Origin: Flectonema sp. DT1601 | Lineage: Eukaryota | Assembly: GCA_964019425.1 (NCBI GenBank) | Contig: OZ025785.1 | Location: 1,550,001 to 1,614,000, forward strand | DNA: 64,000 nucleotides | Reading direction: 5' to 3' | Shown: one piece after another, positions 49,237 through 59,885 of the stretch | Layout: each line of letters begins with the position of its first letter | Numbering within the stretch: the first letter of the stretch is position 1 | Notes under the pieces: model-generated | The model's input: only the letters and a program-made list of their open reading frames with translations | Databases searched by the model: none | What the model was told of the DNA's origin: nothing | Program-made: the position numbers and the translations under genes

Positions 49237-52200
49237 ATGGATAGAATAATTGAGACTGGGTATCAAGGTACTCGACTCACTGACTACAGTCTTTATGATA
49301 AACTTCACAAAAGGAAGGTTCGTGGAGATATTGTTGCTGTTGTTTATCAAGCGAAGAGAAGATCTGATCTGAAAGAAGTAACGATGACTTTAATGTACAA
49401 TCAACAGGAACCTGAGAATTTAGGACTTGGAGACAAAATAGGAAACGAGTACTCTTTCGCGAGTGGAACGAGAGTCGGATTTCATCCATCAATAGTAAAA
49501 GGGTATCACGCTTTTATTGATCAGGCGTCAGCAAGTACGTTAGCGTCAAGCAGATTAGTCAACGACTGGGAACGAGCTCTGTATGTTGTGTCTGAGCCTT
49601 GTGGTATTCCAATTCAGAATATTATTGACATGAAGAAGAGTTGTGGGATGACTGAACCCTACTTCACAAGTAGTGAGGCTGCTGCAATTACCTGTCGTAT
49701 CGCATCAGCGATCGTGCACCTCGAATCGTCAGGTGTTGTCCATCGATGCATATCTACGGAAACTATATTTACAACACCCGATTGGAACGTCAAGTTGGGT
49801 GGTTTCGGTGGCGCATTAGATGTGCGACTTGACTGCCACTCTGGGTCGTCATTTCCAAAAGTACGTTACACATATTTAGGAAACGAGGCAGTTCTCCCTC
49901 AGGAAGTTATCGATCCGTCAGCCAGAACAGCTAATTATCAAAACAGTGATATTTACTCTCTCGGGTTAGTACTGCAGTCTGTTATTGGACCTGAGAATGT
50001 CAACGGGTGTCAGTTGTACGGAAGGATGGCAGTACTCGCCAAGCGGATGTTGGCTCCTCTCGAGAGCAGGATGACCGCATCTGAGACTCTTCATCAGCTC
50101 ACTAGTATGATGACAGAGGGTTTCGTAGCAGCAACCTTACGAGCTGACAAGAACGAGGCGTTAGCTCTCGAAACAGAAGAAACAAAAGGACGTCTACAAG
50201 AACTGGAAGAAGACCATCAAATCGCATTAAAACAAAAGACTCAAATGTCAGAAGAACTTGCTGACGCTCAATGGAAACTCAGCGACATGGAGCAAATGGC
50301 ATCTGACATCAGCAACTTACACAAAGATTGTAAACAGAGAGACATTCAAATCGTTCAACAGGAGCAACACATATCAGCTCTCACCGCACAACTAAATAAC
50401 ATGACTCAGGCAACTACTGCTGCAGATCAGTTGGCGAGAACACAAGCAGACCACATTTCACAATTAGAGAAGAAGCTCGCTGACCAGGAGCAGACGTTTC
50501 AAAGTCGTGTAGACACTCTGCAATACATCCTCGACAACACAAAGGCTGAGACGACGGACAGAATAAAAGATTTGAGCACCAGAAATGATCAAATAGTCAA
50601 AGCAGCTCGTCTTAATGAAGCTATTCCTGCCCCTGTCTCAGTGAAGATACCACCGCAACAATTAGAGACCCCTGTTGAGAAGGAACAAAAGACAAAACCA
50701 GTTGAGAAACCAATTGCGGAAGTCACCTCCCACTTGGAGGAAGAGGAGGAAGGAGTTTTGGTCAACCCGCCGTCGTCTTCAGCTTCTGATGAAAAGGCGA
50801 AGGATCACAAGGTGGAAGCAAAAGCAAAGTCTGCCTTCGACAGCAGCAGTGACGACTCCGACACCGTAGTCGTTGCGAGCATCCCAAAGAAGGAGATGCC
50901 AAAGGGTAGAAAACCCGCTCAGAAGAAGTCGACATTCGACAGCTCAACGGAATCGGACTCCAGCTCTGAATTTGTTCGACCAGTTGCCCCGAAGAAGAAT
51001 ACTTTCGACAGCGACAGTGACACTGACTCTGACGACAGCAGTTACGACCCAACTCGAACTAAACCAGTTCCTCCTGGCACTACTACTTCCCCTCCTCCCA
51101 AGAAGGAAGCTCCACTTCCTAAAAGTACGTTCGGCAACTTTTCGGATTCTGACGACAGCAGCAGCATCGTAGTACGTAAGCCGGCAGCGAAGAGACAAAC
51201 AAAACCGAAAACATTCGACTCTGATTCCAGCAGTGATTCAGAATCCCAAATACCTGCTGGAAGGAAGCCAGTCGCGAAGAAAGCAGCTCCTAAGAAAACG
51301 GCTTTTGACAGCAGCGATTCGGAATCAGAAATCCCTGCTGGAAAGAAACCTCCTCCAGCCGCAAAGAAAGCAGCTCCCAAGAAGGCAGCTTTTGACAGCA
51401 GCGATTCAGAAACAGAAATCTCTGTTGGAAATAGACCTAAGAAAGCAGCTCCCAAGAAATCTCATTTTGATGACTCCGACTCCGATTCGTCTTCAGATTT
51501 TGTGAGACCGCCTCCTAAGAAAGCAGCTCCCAAGAAATCAGCAGCCTCTTCGTTTGGAGGATCTGATGTTGACTCAGATGACGATCCTTTGATGAGCCCA
51601 TCGAAAGCATCACCAAAGAAGGCGGCTCCCAAAAAGGTTTCTTCGTTTGCGAATTCTGACGTCGATTCTGATGACGATCCTTTGAATCAGTCGCCTAAGA
51701 AAGTAGCTCCTCCTCAAAAGGTCGCTTCGTCATTTGGGGGGTCCGATGTCGATTCTGACGACGACCCACTTAAGCCATCCAAGCCCGCACCCAAGAAAGC
51801 CTCTCCGACTGCTGTGAAGAAGCAAATACTTGAAGACGACAGTAAAGAATCAATTGAACAATCTCCAGCAGTCACCAAACCGCCTTCTGAAGAAGGAACA
51901 CCGGAGTTGGGAGCGCTGGAGTTTAATGCTGACAGGGCGAAGCCATTTGCGAGGTACGGAGAGGAAGAAAGTCCGAAAGTCGAACCGAAAAAGACGACTT
52001 CTGAGAAGAAACCAAATCCCTGGTCTGAATACGAAACTTCATCAGATGAGAGTGCGGCAGTACCATCCCCAAAGAAATCCGCAGCGCGGAAGTACACCAA
52101 AAGCAGCTCATCTTCGTCATCATCTTCTGACTGGCATCCAACTACCAAGCGAGCAGCTCAGCCGCCTGCAAAACAGCCGCCCCAGCCAAAGGGACCTGCA

Positions 52201-53114
52201 GCACCGAAACCGGAGTCTGATTCGGATTCTAACGTCGAAACGGAGTTGAAATTAAAATTAATTAAAGAAAAGGACGGGAAGATCGGTTTTGGTTTAACAA
52301 AGATGGTCATCACGAGTGTCATAGCAGGAGGAGCAGCAGAGAAGAGTGGTTTCAAAAAGGCGATGCAAATGACGGTAACGCACTGCGATGGAGTTACCGT
52401 TTCTACGACTGCAGACGTTGCAAAAGCGACAACAAACAAAGAGGAGATTGAAATCACTTTGACGGGTAAGACTTGTCAGCAAATCCTTGATGAAGTTTCT
52501 TCAGAAGGGGAAGCGGAAAAAGTTCCTTTAAAACACCCGAACTTCAATGACGACTCATCCAGCAGCTCCTCCTCATTCAAACCAAAAGTGAAGCCTAAAG
52601 CACCTGCCAAGGCACCTTCCAAAGCACCTGCCAAAGCACCTGGAAAAAGGGTTTGTCTTTTTATTATTATTTAGTTTGAAGCAGAACTGCTTCAGTAGCT
52701 TAACTTATTATTTTTATTTAGAAATAACGAAACACTTCCCAAACAGACTATCCGCGCGATGTCATTCTTAAGCAGCTCTTCTTCATCATCGGTCCCAAAA
52801 CCAAAACCAAAGGCTAAGAAATCTTATATAAGTAGTGACGATAGCAGCAGTGATGATTCTTTATTTAAACCAAAGAAAGCTGCGAAACCAGTTCCTAAAA
52901 CCACCAGAGTATGTTTACATTACATTCCACTTGTGTATTATAATCCTTTATAATTATTACAACAAACTTAAACACTAAACAGCCTCGTGGGAAGTCTGCT
53001 TTTGAATCGTCTTCTGGAGATGACACGCCTCGGGCTCGTCCGGCACCTTCAAATAAGAAGCCGTCGGCAAAACCTGCGTCGACATTCTTCGATTCTGATA
53101 CGAGTTCAGATTAG
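49237..53114 (+). CDS. Pseudokinase + coiled coil + Ser/Asp/Lys/Pro low-complexity repeats + PDZ-like domain; exons 49237..52650, 52747..52908, 52983..53114 (1235 aa)
   Basis: HPSIV, VVHRCISTETIF (HRD lost), VKLGGFG (DFG lost), SDIYSLG. PDZ-like KIGFGL..ITSVIAGGAAEKSG at about 52250-52470. Confidence 0.8.
50820..51810 (+). repeat. Coding low-complexity repeats KKAAPKK / FDSSDS(E)S / SFGGSDVDSDDDPL
   Basis: Directly visible in translation; AAGAAAGCAGCTCC recurs in the DNA. Confidence 0.85.
52651..52746 (+). other. Spliceosomal intron, 96 nt
   Basis: GTTTGT...CTTCCCAAACAG; joins to the frame of ORF 52759. Confidence 0.8.
52909..52982 (+). other. Spliceosomal intron, 74 nt
   Basis: GTATGT...AAACACTAAACAG; the last exon continues the same F(D/E)S repeats. 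Confidence 0.85.
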
Positions 53115-53735
53115 TAACAGTTAGCTTGCTGTCTTTTATTTTATGTTTTTGGTTATTTTTCGGTTTTCGTGCAGTTTGTGTGCGGGATTTTACTTAAAAA
53201 AGGTGATAACTTTTTAATGTCATCACTCATTTCACTCGTGTTGTTGTTGTTGTTCATTTCACACTTCTTGTATTCGTTCAATGATCGTAGTCACCATCCC
53301 GAGTCTCGTTTCGTTGGTTTGTTTTCCATCGTTTTGTTAATTGACACGTTTTGTGTCTTCGGTTCTGCGTGTGTGCAATATTCTCGTTTGTTGTGTTTTC
53401 TTAATTACTTATGTCACATTTCTTACAACAGCAGTGGCAGTTATTAACTGTCTCAGTGGTACTGTCGGATGCAACCTTCACGTTGTCTGTCTGATATTTA
53501 GAAAGTATTCAGTTGTTGAAGTTATTCAAAGAGAATTAGACAACAATAACTTACTTCAGTTTGTACTACTTGTTCAGTCTTACTGGTGGTGCGGTTCTTA
53601 TTATTTTTCTCGTAGCTTTCAATAATTGCACTCCTGATCATTTGCTCTGGAAAATGAAATTATTTTAATTCCTCAAAGAGATCGCAGCATTTGATATGAC
53701 AACGACGGCAGGTTAGTCGAACAGACAGCTGTTCG

Positions 53736-55265
53736 ATGTTCCGCTTTCGCGGAGAAGAAGAAGGTTATGGAGAGCAGCCTATAAAGCCTCACTTTAATCA
53801 GCTGCCGCATATTAACTTTGTTCGGATTATGGAAAAGTTATCGAGTCACGGAACCAGACAGCGTAGAGCAATCGTAGTCAGCGGGATGATGATATTCGTC
53901 TGCGAGGCCACGAGTTTTAAAGTCCATCGAGCAATAGACGTGATGGATATCGACGGGGCTTTTAAACAAGAGAAACCAATTCAGAAAACACTAGGTGGGG
54001 CAGAAATCGCTATTCTGCTCTGCATACCAGCAAGCAACTCACATGATCTCCTCCTCCTTCAGCCTCGCGAAAAGAAAGCCGGCCACGCTAACAATCGTGA
54101 CATGACTGATCTACTCAGAGCTATCTCTTATGCGAAGTCAACTCAGGATAAGAAACTTCCAGTCAGCTCCCTTCAGCCGAAGGAAGATATTCTCAGTAGA
54201 GCATTTCTAATTAAGAGTAAGATATTCGAATCTCCGACACTCTCACTACCAGAGCTTCTCGAGAAATACAATCCGACGAAAGGTAAGAAACCCACCAGAA
54301 GGTCATCTACCTCTTTAAGTGACGGCAGTGAAGAAGTGCAATCTCCGAGCAGCCCGAGTCGAAAAGTATCGTTCGGGGGAGTCGTTTCAGGGAAGGGGCC
54401 CAAAAGAGCCAGCGATGATGGGTCGAGTGATTCCTCTTCTTCTTCTTCAACTGCACTTCAATCAAAAGCAGTCTGGCAGCCAGACGGTGATCGCAAAGAC
54501 TGCAACGTCTGCAACACGAAGTTCAATCTTCACCGTCGCCGTCACCACTGCCGCAAATGTCTTCTTCTTGTTTGTAATTCCTGCAGTCGTCATCGAACTG
54601 TAATTCCGGGATCTGGTAGTAATGCTGAGGAGCGAATTTGTTCGCCTTGTTACTTCTCGCAGGATGGACCTTCGACACCACATCGTCCGGCACCACTGAA
54701 GCCAATTAATAGCTCAGAGTCAATTGCAGCATCTGATAGTCCTGACTTTAGAGCGCAGTCAGCATCAGTTCAAGACTCCACAACTTTTGCAGAAGAGGCG
54801 TCACCCTCGATTTCAAACGCCTCTCCAGATCCCAGCAACGTTCCAGCTGGGAATGGGAGAGTCAGTTTTTCCATACCAGAGCCATCCCCTGACGAGGATT
54901 CTAAGGAAAGTCGCGAAGAACGTCGACGTCGGCGGAAAGAAAAGCGTCGCAAGAAGGAAAAACGTAAGAAACAAAAAGCAGAACAGAAGAAGCAACAACA
55001 ACAACACCAACAACAATACCTACCAAGTGGAATGTTAGGGGGTGCCTATCCTGGTGGATATCCTTCTCTAAATCAAGTTCCACAGATTCCAGGAATCACA
55101 CTACCAACTAATCCATATCAACAATATCAACAGAAAGTACTATCAGATACTTATTGGAGTGAATTCATGAAAGAATGGGACATCTCTTCAAAAGCTGTTC
55201 AACAATATGATGGTAGTCGACAACTGTTATCGAGTACTGTGACTACCGAGTCGATAGAACTCTGA
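53736..55265 (+). CDS. FYVE zinc-finger protein with N-terminal PH/myosin-TH1-like region
   Basis: WQPD..CNVC..F..RRRHHCRKC..VCNSCS..RICSPC; N-terminal RQRRAIVVS segment. Confidence 0.9.
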   Translation: MFRFRGEEEGYGEQPIKPHFNQLPHINFVRIMEKLSSHGTRQRRAIVVSGMMIFVCEATSFKVHRAIDVMDIDGAFKQEKPIQKTLGGAEIAILLCIPASNSHDLLLLQPREKKAGHANNRDMTDLLRAISYAKSTQDKKLPVSSLQPKEDILSRAFLIKSKIFESPTLSLPELLEKYNPTKGKKPTRRSSTSLSDGSEEVQSPSSPSRKVSFGGVVSGKGPKRASDDGSSDSSSSSSTALQSKAVWQPDGDRKDCNVCNTKFNLHRRRHHCRKCLLLVCNSCSRHRTVIPGSGSNAEERICSPCYFSQDGPSTPHRPAPLKPINSSESIAASDSPDFRAQSASVQDSTTFAEEASPSISNASPDPSNVPAGNGRVSFSIPEPSPDEDSKESREERRRRRKEKRRKKEKRKKQKAEQKKQQQQHQQQYLPSGMLGGAYPGGYPSLNQVPQIPGITLPTNPYQQYQQKVLSDTYWSEFMKEWDISSKAVQQYDGSRQLLSSTVTTESIEL

Positions 55266-55642
55266 TGTACTTCTTTGGGTTGATTACCTACCCAGTTGAA
55301 GAGTATTGAGAACTGTGATTACCTTTCTGTCTAATTCTATTTTGACGGATTTCTTTAAATTAATTTACTAATTCGTAATCTGCGAGAGATCTGTTTCGAT
55401 CAATATTATGTTTTGATGAAGAAATGTACCCAGTAAAGGAAATTTAGTTTTCTTTTTTTTTTTATTACTTTTAGAAATTTGTTTTCTGTTGAGTCGCTTA
55501 GTTGCCGACGATGAATTAATGTAATAAAATATTTTCTTACTAAAGGTACGCAGTCAATGATGAAAGGGAATGAGAACAGAAACCTTTCTCAAGCTTTAGT
55601 AGCTTCTTTACAACTCTTCACTTCAGTCAGGCGCAACCTAAC

Positions 55643-56158
55643 ATGGACGGCTTTCCTCCGGGGTACGGATCTCACCCCGATGTAGAAACTCAGCGCGCGT
55701 TGAAGAAAATGCAAGTCAGGATACTCGAACTTGACAAAGCCCAGAGACAACTTGCTGATTTAGTAGTGACAAGACTAATGGAAGTTGAGAAGAAGGTTGA
55801 CGGTAGTATTAGACATCAAAAGCAGTTGGCTGCATTACTACTCGACAACACGGGAGGTGATATTAGTACGGAGGAAAAACTGATGGGAATTGCGAGTCGA
55901 AAGACACCAATGCCTTCTGAAACACCACTTCACGAATTACCTCAACAGCAGCACCTAACTCACCAACATCCAACTCAACAACACCCAACCCTGTCAGTAG
56001 AGCAGCCCCGTTTCTGTCACGGATGTGGAGCTCATCGCATTCCAGCTGCTCGCTTTTGCCAAATGTGTGGAATTACATTTCTGCCTCCATCACCTTCTGC
56101 AGCTGTCCCACAAGAAACCCCAAACCTGAAGTCGATACGAGCTGGTCTGTTCACTTGA
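55643..56158 (+). CDS. Small coiled-coil + zinc-ribbon protein
   Basis: FCHGCG......ARFCQMCG. Confidence 0.75.
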   Translation: MDGFPPGYGSHPDVETQRALKKMQVRILELDKAQRQLADLVVTRLMEVEKKVDGSIRHQKQLAALLLDNTGGDISTEEKLMGIASRKTPMPSETPLHELPQQQHLTHQHPTQQHPTLSVEQPRFCHGCGAHRIPAARFCQMCGITFLPPSPSAAVPQETPNLKSIRAGLFT

Positions 56159-56505
56159 GTGAAGTACTTCAGAACGATGTTTATTATTATAACCTGAGCT
56201 CCGTTGAGTGCAATGTACGCACGAGATGTGATGCCAACAACAACAAGACTAACGTAAAGTAATTGTATTCGCAAAAGAGACTCAACACCTCTGCGAGTTC
56301 CTACAGCTCCGAGGGAGCGTACTAAAGAATGAATAAATTAGTACGTCTTCTAATTTTTGTTTCCTATTTAACATCCTAGTTAAATGTTTAGAATAGATTT
56401 TGTTATTTATGTGAAGCTGAAAGTGTGAAACGGATTGAATTGATAACTTTTATATATTTCATCTCAAAAACAGCAACAAGAATAGATTTCATTCTAAATG
56501 ATGGA

Positions 56506-57390
56506 ATGAGTGCAGCTGAAGTGGAAACGCCACCTCGTTTCCGAGAAGACGAATGTGCGAAGATTCGATTTCTGATTGAAGCAGGTGTTGGATTCGTGTG
56601 GGTGTGTGGAGGAATAGACACAGGTAAGAGTCATGTTATAAAATACTCAACAAGACAGATCGTAAAAGTAACAATCGAAACTTTTAAAGACAATCGACAA
56701 CTCCAGCAACTCGTATCTGACGCCAAGAGAAGTGGTAATTCTCTTATTATAGAATCGAAAAGTGAACCTTCTGGAGACTTTCGATATTTATTTCACATCG
56801 TCACTTTGAAGAATTATTCACTAAATGAACTTGTTTGTATTGGACTTGAACTTACCGACAATCGTCTTCATCAGACTTTCTTATCTCGTATGACACCAAA
56901 TAGTTTATTATATCACAATGTGAGTACTCCAACAATGTCGACTGTTTTATATTTCATCTCAGCTATTGAAGACAACGTAGAGCACGTGAAGCCAACTATC
57001 CACACAAGTACGCAGGAAGACGCTATCGAACTCGCCGTTTGGTTGGCCAAACCTCCGTCGCTGCGAAGTAAAACAAAGCGCGGGAAAATAAGAAAAAGAA
57101 TTTCTAACTCGTCAGTTCGCAAGAATACTATCCGAGCGCACTCTGACGTCACAACTTCGATCACAAACGTGTTGGCAGCGCAGGACAATAATTTTCTACG
57201 ATTGTCACTTCGGCTGAATAACTTCGGTCCTAATTACGGAGCAATTCGAGCACTTCGCAACTCCGTAGCAAAAGGAGCCCTCGAGCAAACACATGCCGGC
57301 TTTGAGCCAACTGCTGCTGATCCGATTCGACAATCAAATCGATTGAACGTACGCGAGATGCTCTCCGTTGATGACCTTCCAGTTCAGTGA
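56506..57390 (+). CDS. Divergent AAA+ P-loop protein, possibly ORC5-like
   Basis: FREDEC.IRFLI followed by Walker A-like VWVCGGIDTGKSHV; later AIELAVWLA plus a basic stretch as in the ORC5 C-terminal domain. Shorter (294 aa) than typical ORC5. Confidence 0.45.
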   Translation: MSAAEVETPPRFREDECAKIRFLIEAGVGFVWVCGGIDTGKSHVIKYSTRQIVKVTIETFKDNRQLQQLVSDAKRSGNSLIIESKSEPSGDFRYLFHIVTLKNYSLNELVCIGLELTDNRLHQTFLSRMTPNSLLYHNVSTPTMSTVLYFISAIEDNVEHVKPTIHTSTQEDAIELAVWLAKPPSLRSKTKRGKIRKRISNSSVRKNTIRAHSDVTTSITNVLAAQDNNFLRLSLRLNNFGPNYGAIRALRNSVAKGALEQTHAGFEPTAADPIRQSNRLNVREMLSVDDLPVQ

Positions 57391-57616
57391 TTGATTAGAG
57401 GAACCCAAAACTGTTACTCGTCATCAGATAACCTTCTTACTATTGTGATTCGATTCTTTTATCCTTAGCCAGAGCTTCTGGTCGTGTCTCTCAGACACGT
57501 GTTGTTAGAACTACAGACTTGTAGAGTACTTTAGTTTTGTTTAGTAGTTAAAACAGGTTTATGGTTCGTCAGATTTAAATATTTTTATTTTAATTTCAGT
57601 TTTAACAATTCAAGAA

Positions 57617-58801
57617 ATGGATAATTTAGAAATTGAACAGCTGAGAAGAGTCGGACCAGACTGTCTTCCCGCAGTTGGTATTCACTTCGATGATGTCAAT
57701 CAAATGTATTCGAAAGAACAATTAAATTATAAATGTGAAGATGAAGTAATGAATCATGATGACAGTGATGACGAATCAAGTGATACTTTTGATGGTGGCA
57801 TGTGGAGTGATATGGTCAAAGCAGTTGCTGCACCTGATGCTATTGTAGCACCTCGAAGAAGTACTTTAACGAGGGGTTCCAATTTAACTCAACGGATGTC
57901 AACAAACTCTTGGAATGTAGAAGATGATGACGATAGCAGCATCGCTTCCGATGCTATCGATGATTGCGAACAGGTGGCGGAACTGTCGTCTATGTTCTAC
58001 GAGAAGAACGATCTAAAACATGGAATGTCTTATGATGATTTAAAAGAAATCATCCGAACTGAGAAACGTCAGGAGTCTGCTCTTCAAAAGAACTACCTTC
58101 GCTCTTACGGATCCGGTACTACTGCTCGAAGAGATGATGTTGTTTCTAAAATGATCATCGAAATGGTCAGTCAACAGTTGAGTCATCCGACAATTCACTT
58201 GGCTGTCAATCTGTTTGATACTTACCTTTCAAAAGGAGGAGGATTAGAACCGAGTATGGTAACTTATGGAATGGCAGCAGTTCTGTTGGCTTCAAAATAT
58301 GAAGAAATCACTCCAATCGCTGCATCTCTTCTCAGTCGAAAAGCTGGTGTTACAATGAAGCAACTCCTCGAAGCGGAGCTTTCAATGCTGGCGGCCATCG
58401 ACTTCAGAATTAACAACGCTAATGAATTCTTATTCTTGCAGTACTATCTTCAGGAATTAACAATTCCTCGAAATGAACAGGCGGCAGCGTACTACTTTTG
58501 TTCTGTTAGTGTCTTGTGTTCACAGTTTCAGACTTTCAAGCCATCAGTGAAGGCAGCAGCAGCAATCTATTTAGCAACAAGACACATGTCACCAAACCCT
58601 TGGAGTAGAGTACATCAACTCGCAACATCTTACAGAGCGTCGTCTCTCACGGCTGCGGCTCGTTTTCTCGAATCAGAACTAAAAAGAATTGAAAGCGATC
58701 CGCTTCCATCACATAAAATAATTAAAGACATCTTCGCGACGGAATATCATTCTCAGATATCGATTCATCCTGACATCATAAAGTCTGTTCACTTGAGATG
58801 A
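57617..58801 (+). CDS. Cyclin (A/B-type fold, two cyclin boxes)
   Basis: TIHLAVNLFDTYLS, LLASKYEEI, E..ML..IDFRI, FKPSVKAAAAIYLA. Confidence 0.9.
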   Translation: MDNLEIEQLRRVGPDCLPAVGIHFDDVNQMYSKEQLNYKCEDEVMNHDDSDDESSDTFDGGMWSDMVKAVAAPDAIVAPRRSTLTRGSNLTQRMSTNSWNVEDDDDSSIASDAIDDCEQVAELSSMFYEKNDLKHGMSYDDLKEIIRTEKRQESALQKNYLRSYGSGTTARRDDVVSKMIIEMVSQQLSHPTIHLAVNLFDTYLSKGGGLEPSMVTYGMAAVLLASKYEEITPIAASLLSRKAGVTMKQLLEAELSMLAAIDFRINNANEFLFLQYYLQELTIPRNEQAAAYYFCSVSVLCSQFQTFKPSVKAAAAIYLATRHMSPNPWSRVHQLATSYRASSLTAAARFLESELKRIESDPLPSHKIIKDIFATEYHSQISIHPDIIKSVHLR

Positions 58802-59408
58802 TGTCTTCCATCAGATGGTTGTTAGGCTGATCTTTATCTTACTCTCCAGCGTCCCCTTATTGTGTCTACTGAAAGGTAGTTTATTGTTTAGTTAGAATTT
58901 ATTGTATTTCGTATTTAAAAAAAATTTAAAGTCCTTCCTAGCTATGTGTGAGAGCTCTGCTTTATATGAGCAGCTCACATGTCTGTGTTTGTATATTGTA
59001 TTAAAGTCTTATTGTTTATTTAAGACATTCTATTTAAAGGTTTTGTTCAGCTCACAGCTATCTTGAGCTGAGGGAACAGAATCTTTTAAATAAAGTAAAA
59101 AAAAAAAAAAAAAACTTTTTCTCTGTGACCAACAAGTTACTTTTATATTTTAAGTATGTCTTAATAAATGAAAAGTTCCTTGTTTTCTCTATTTTAAGAC
59201 AACGGCTGAGCTCTGATTTGCTTTTGTTTTTTGTTTTCACAGTTTTATTTTGTATCGTCAGCACACTTCTTCTTGTACTTTCTAATAATTGTAACCCAGC
59301 AGTGGTATTTGTTAAGCTTGTAGAATATATTCGATTTATTGTTTTTTTCTTTTTCGATATTTTAATTATCTTTCATTCTTCAGTTACCTGTACCATCGAA
59401 TAACATAA

Positions 59409-59885
59409 ATGGGGTACATTATTTCCCGCAACGCCGTAGCCCTTCTGGAGAACTGCACGGAAGTCGGAGATAAGATGAAAGGTGCATTCGATTCGAAAGG
59501 GATTTATGATTTACCGACAGACATCGTAGTTGGCAACGGAATGAATGCCAGCAGATATTTTCAAAGACTCCAAGAACACACTCAGTACGGTAATGATGTT
59601 CTAGTCGGTCAGATGATTTTGTTACAGAGATTCGTAAAGAAGACTCAAATTCAGTTGAACTCATCAAATGTGTATCGCGTGTTGTTAGTGACGTTAGTGA
59701 TTGCTGGTAAGGAAGTCTGCGATGATTATCTTACTAATTCTTCAATGGCAGAGATCGGAGGAATGAGTCTCTCGGTTCTCAACCAGCTGGAAGTCGCTTT
59801 TCTCACAGCCCTCGACTGGGAAGTCTCGATCACAAAAAAACAATTCCTCGACATGCAAGAATATTTAACCGTCGCAACTTTCTAA
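59409..59885 (+). CDS. Cyclin U/P (PHO80-like)
   Basis: YFQRL, NVYRVLLVTLVIAGKEVCDDYLTN..AEIGG..LNQLEVAFL..LDW. Confidence 0.9.
   Translation: MGYIISRNAVALLENCTEVGDKMKGAFDSKGIYDLPTDIVVGNGMNASRYFQRLQEHTQYGNDVLVGQMILLQRFVKKTQIQLNSSNVYRVLLVTLVIAGKEVCDDYLTNSSMAEIGGMSLSVLNQLEVAFLTALDWEVSITKKQFLDMQEYLTVATF

Noticed and set aside
12227..52953. Stop-codon readthrough, frameshifting or an alternative genetic code to explain split ORFs
   Set aside because: Breaks in intact genes are explained by GT-AG introns; TAA, TAG and TGA all end conserved genes normally.
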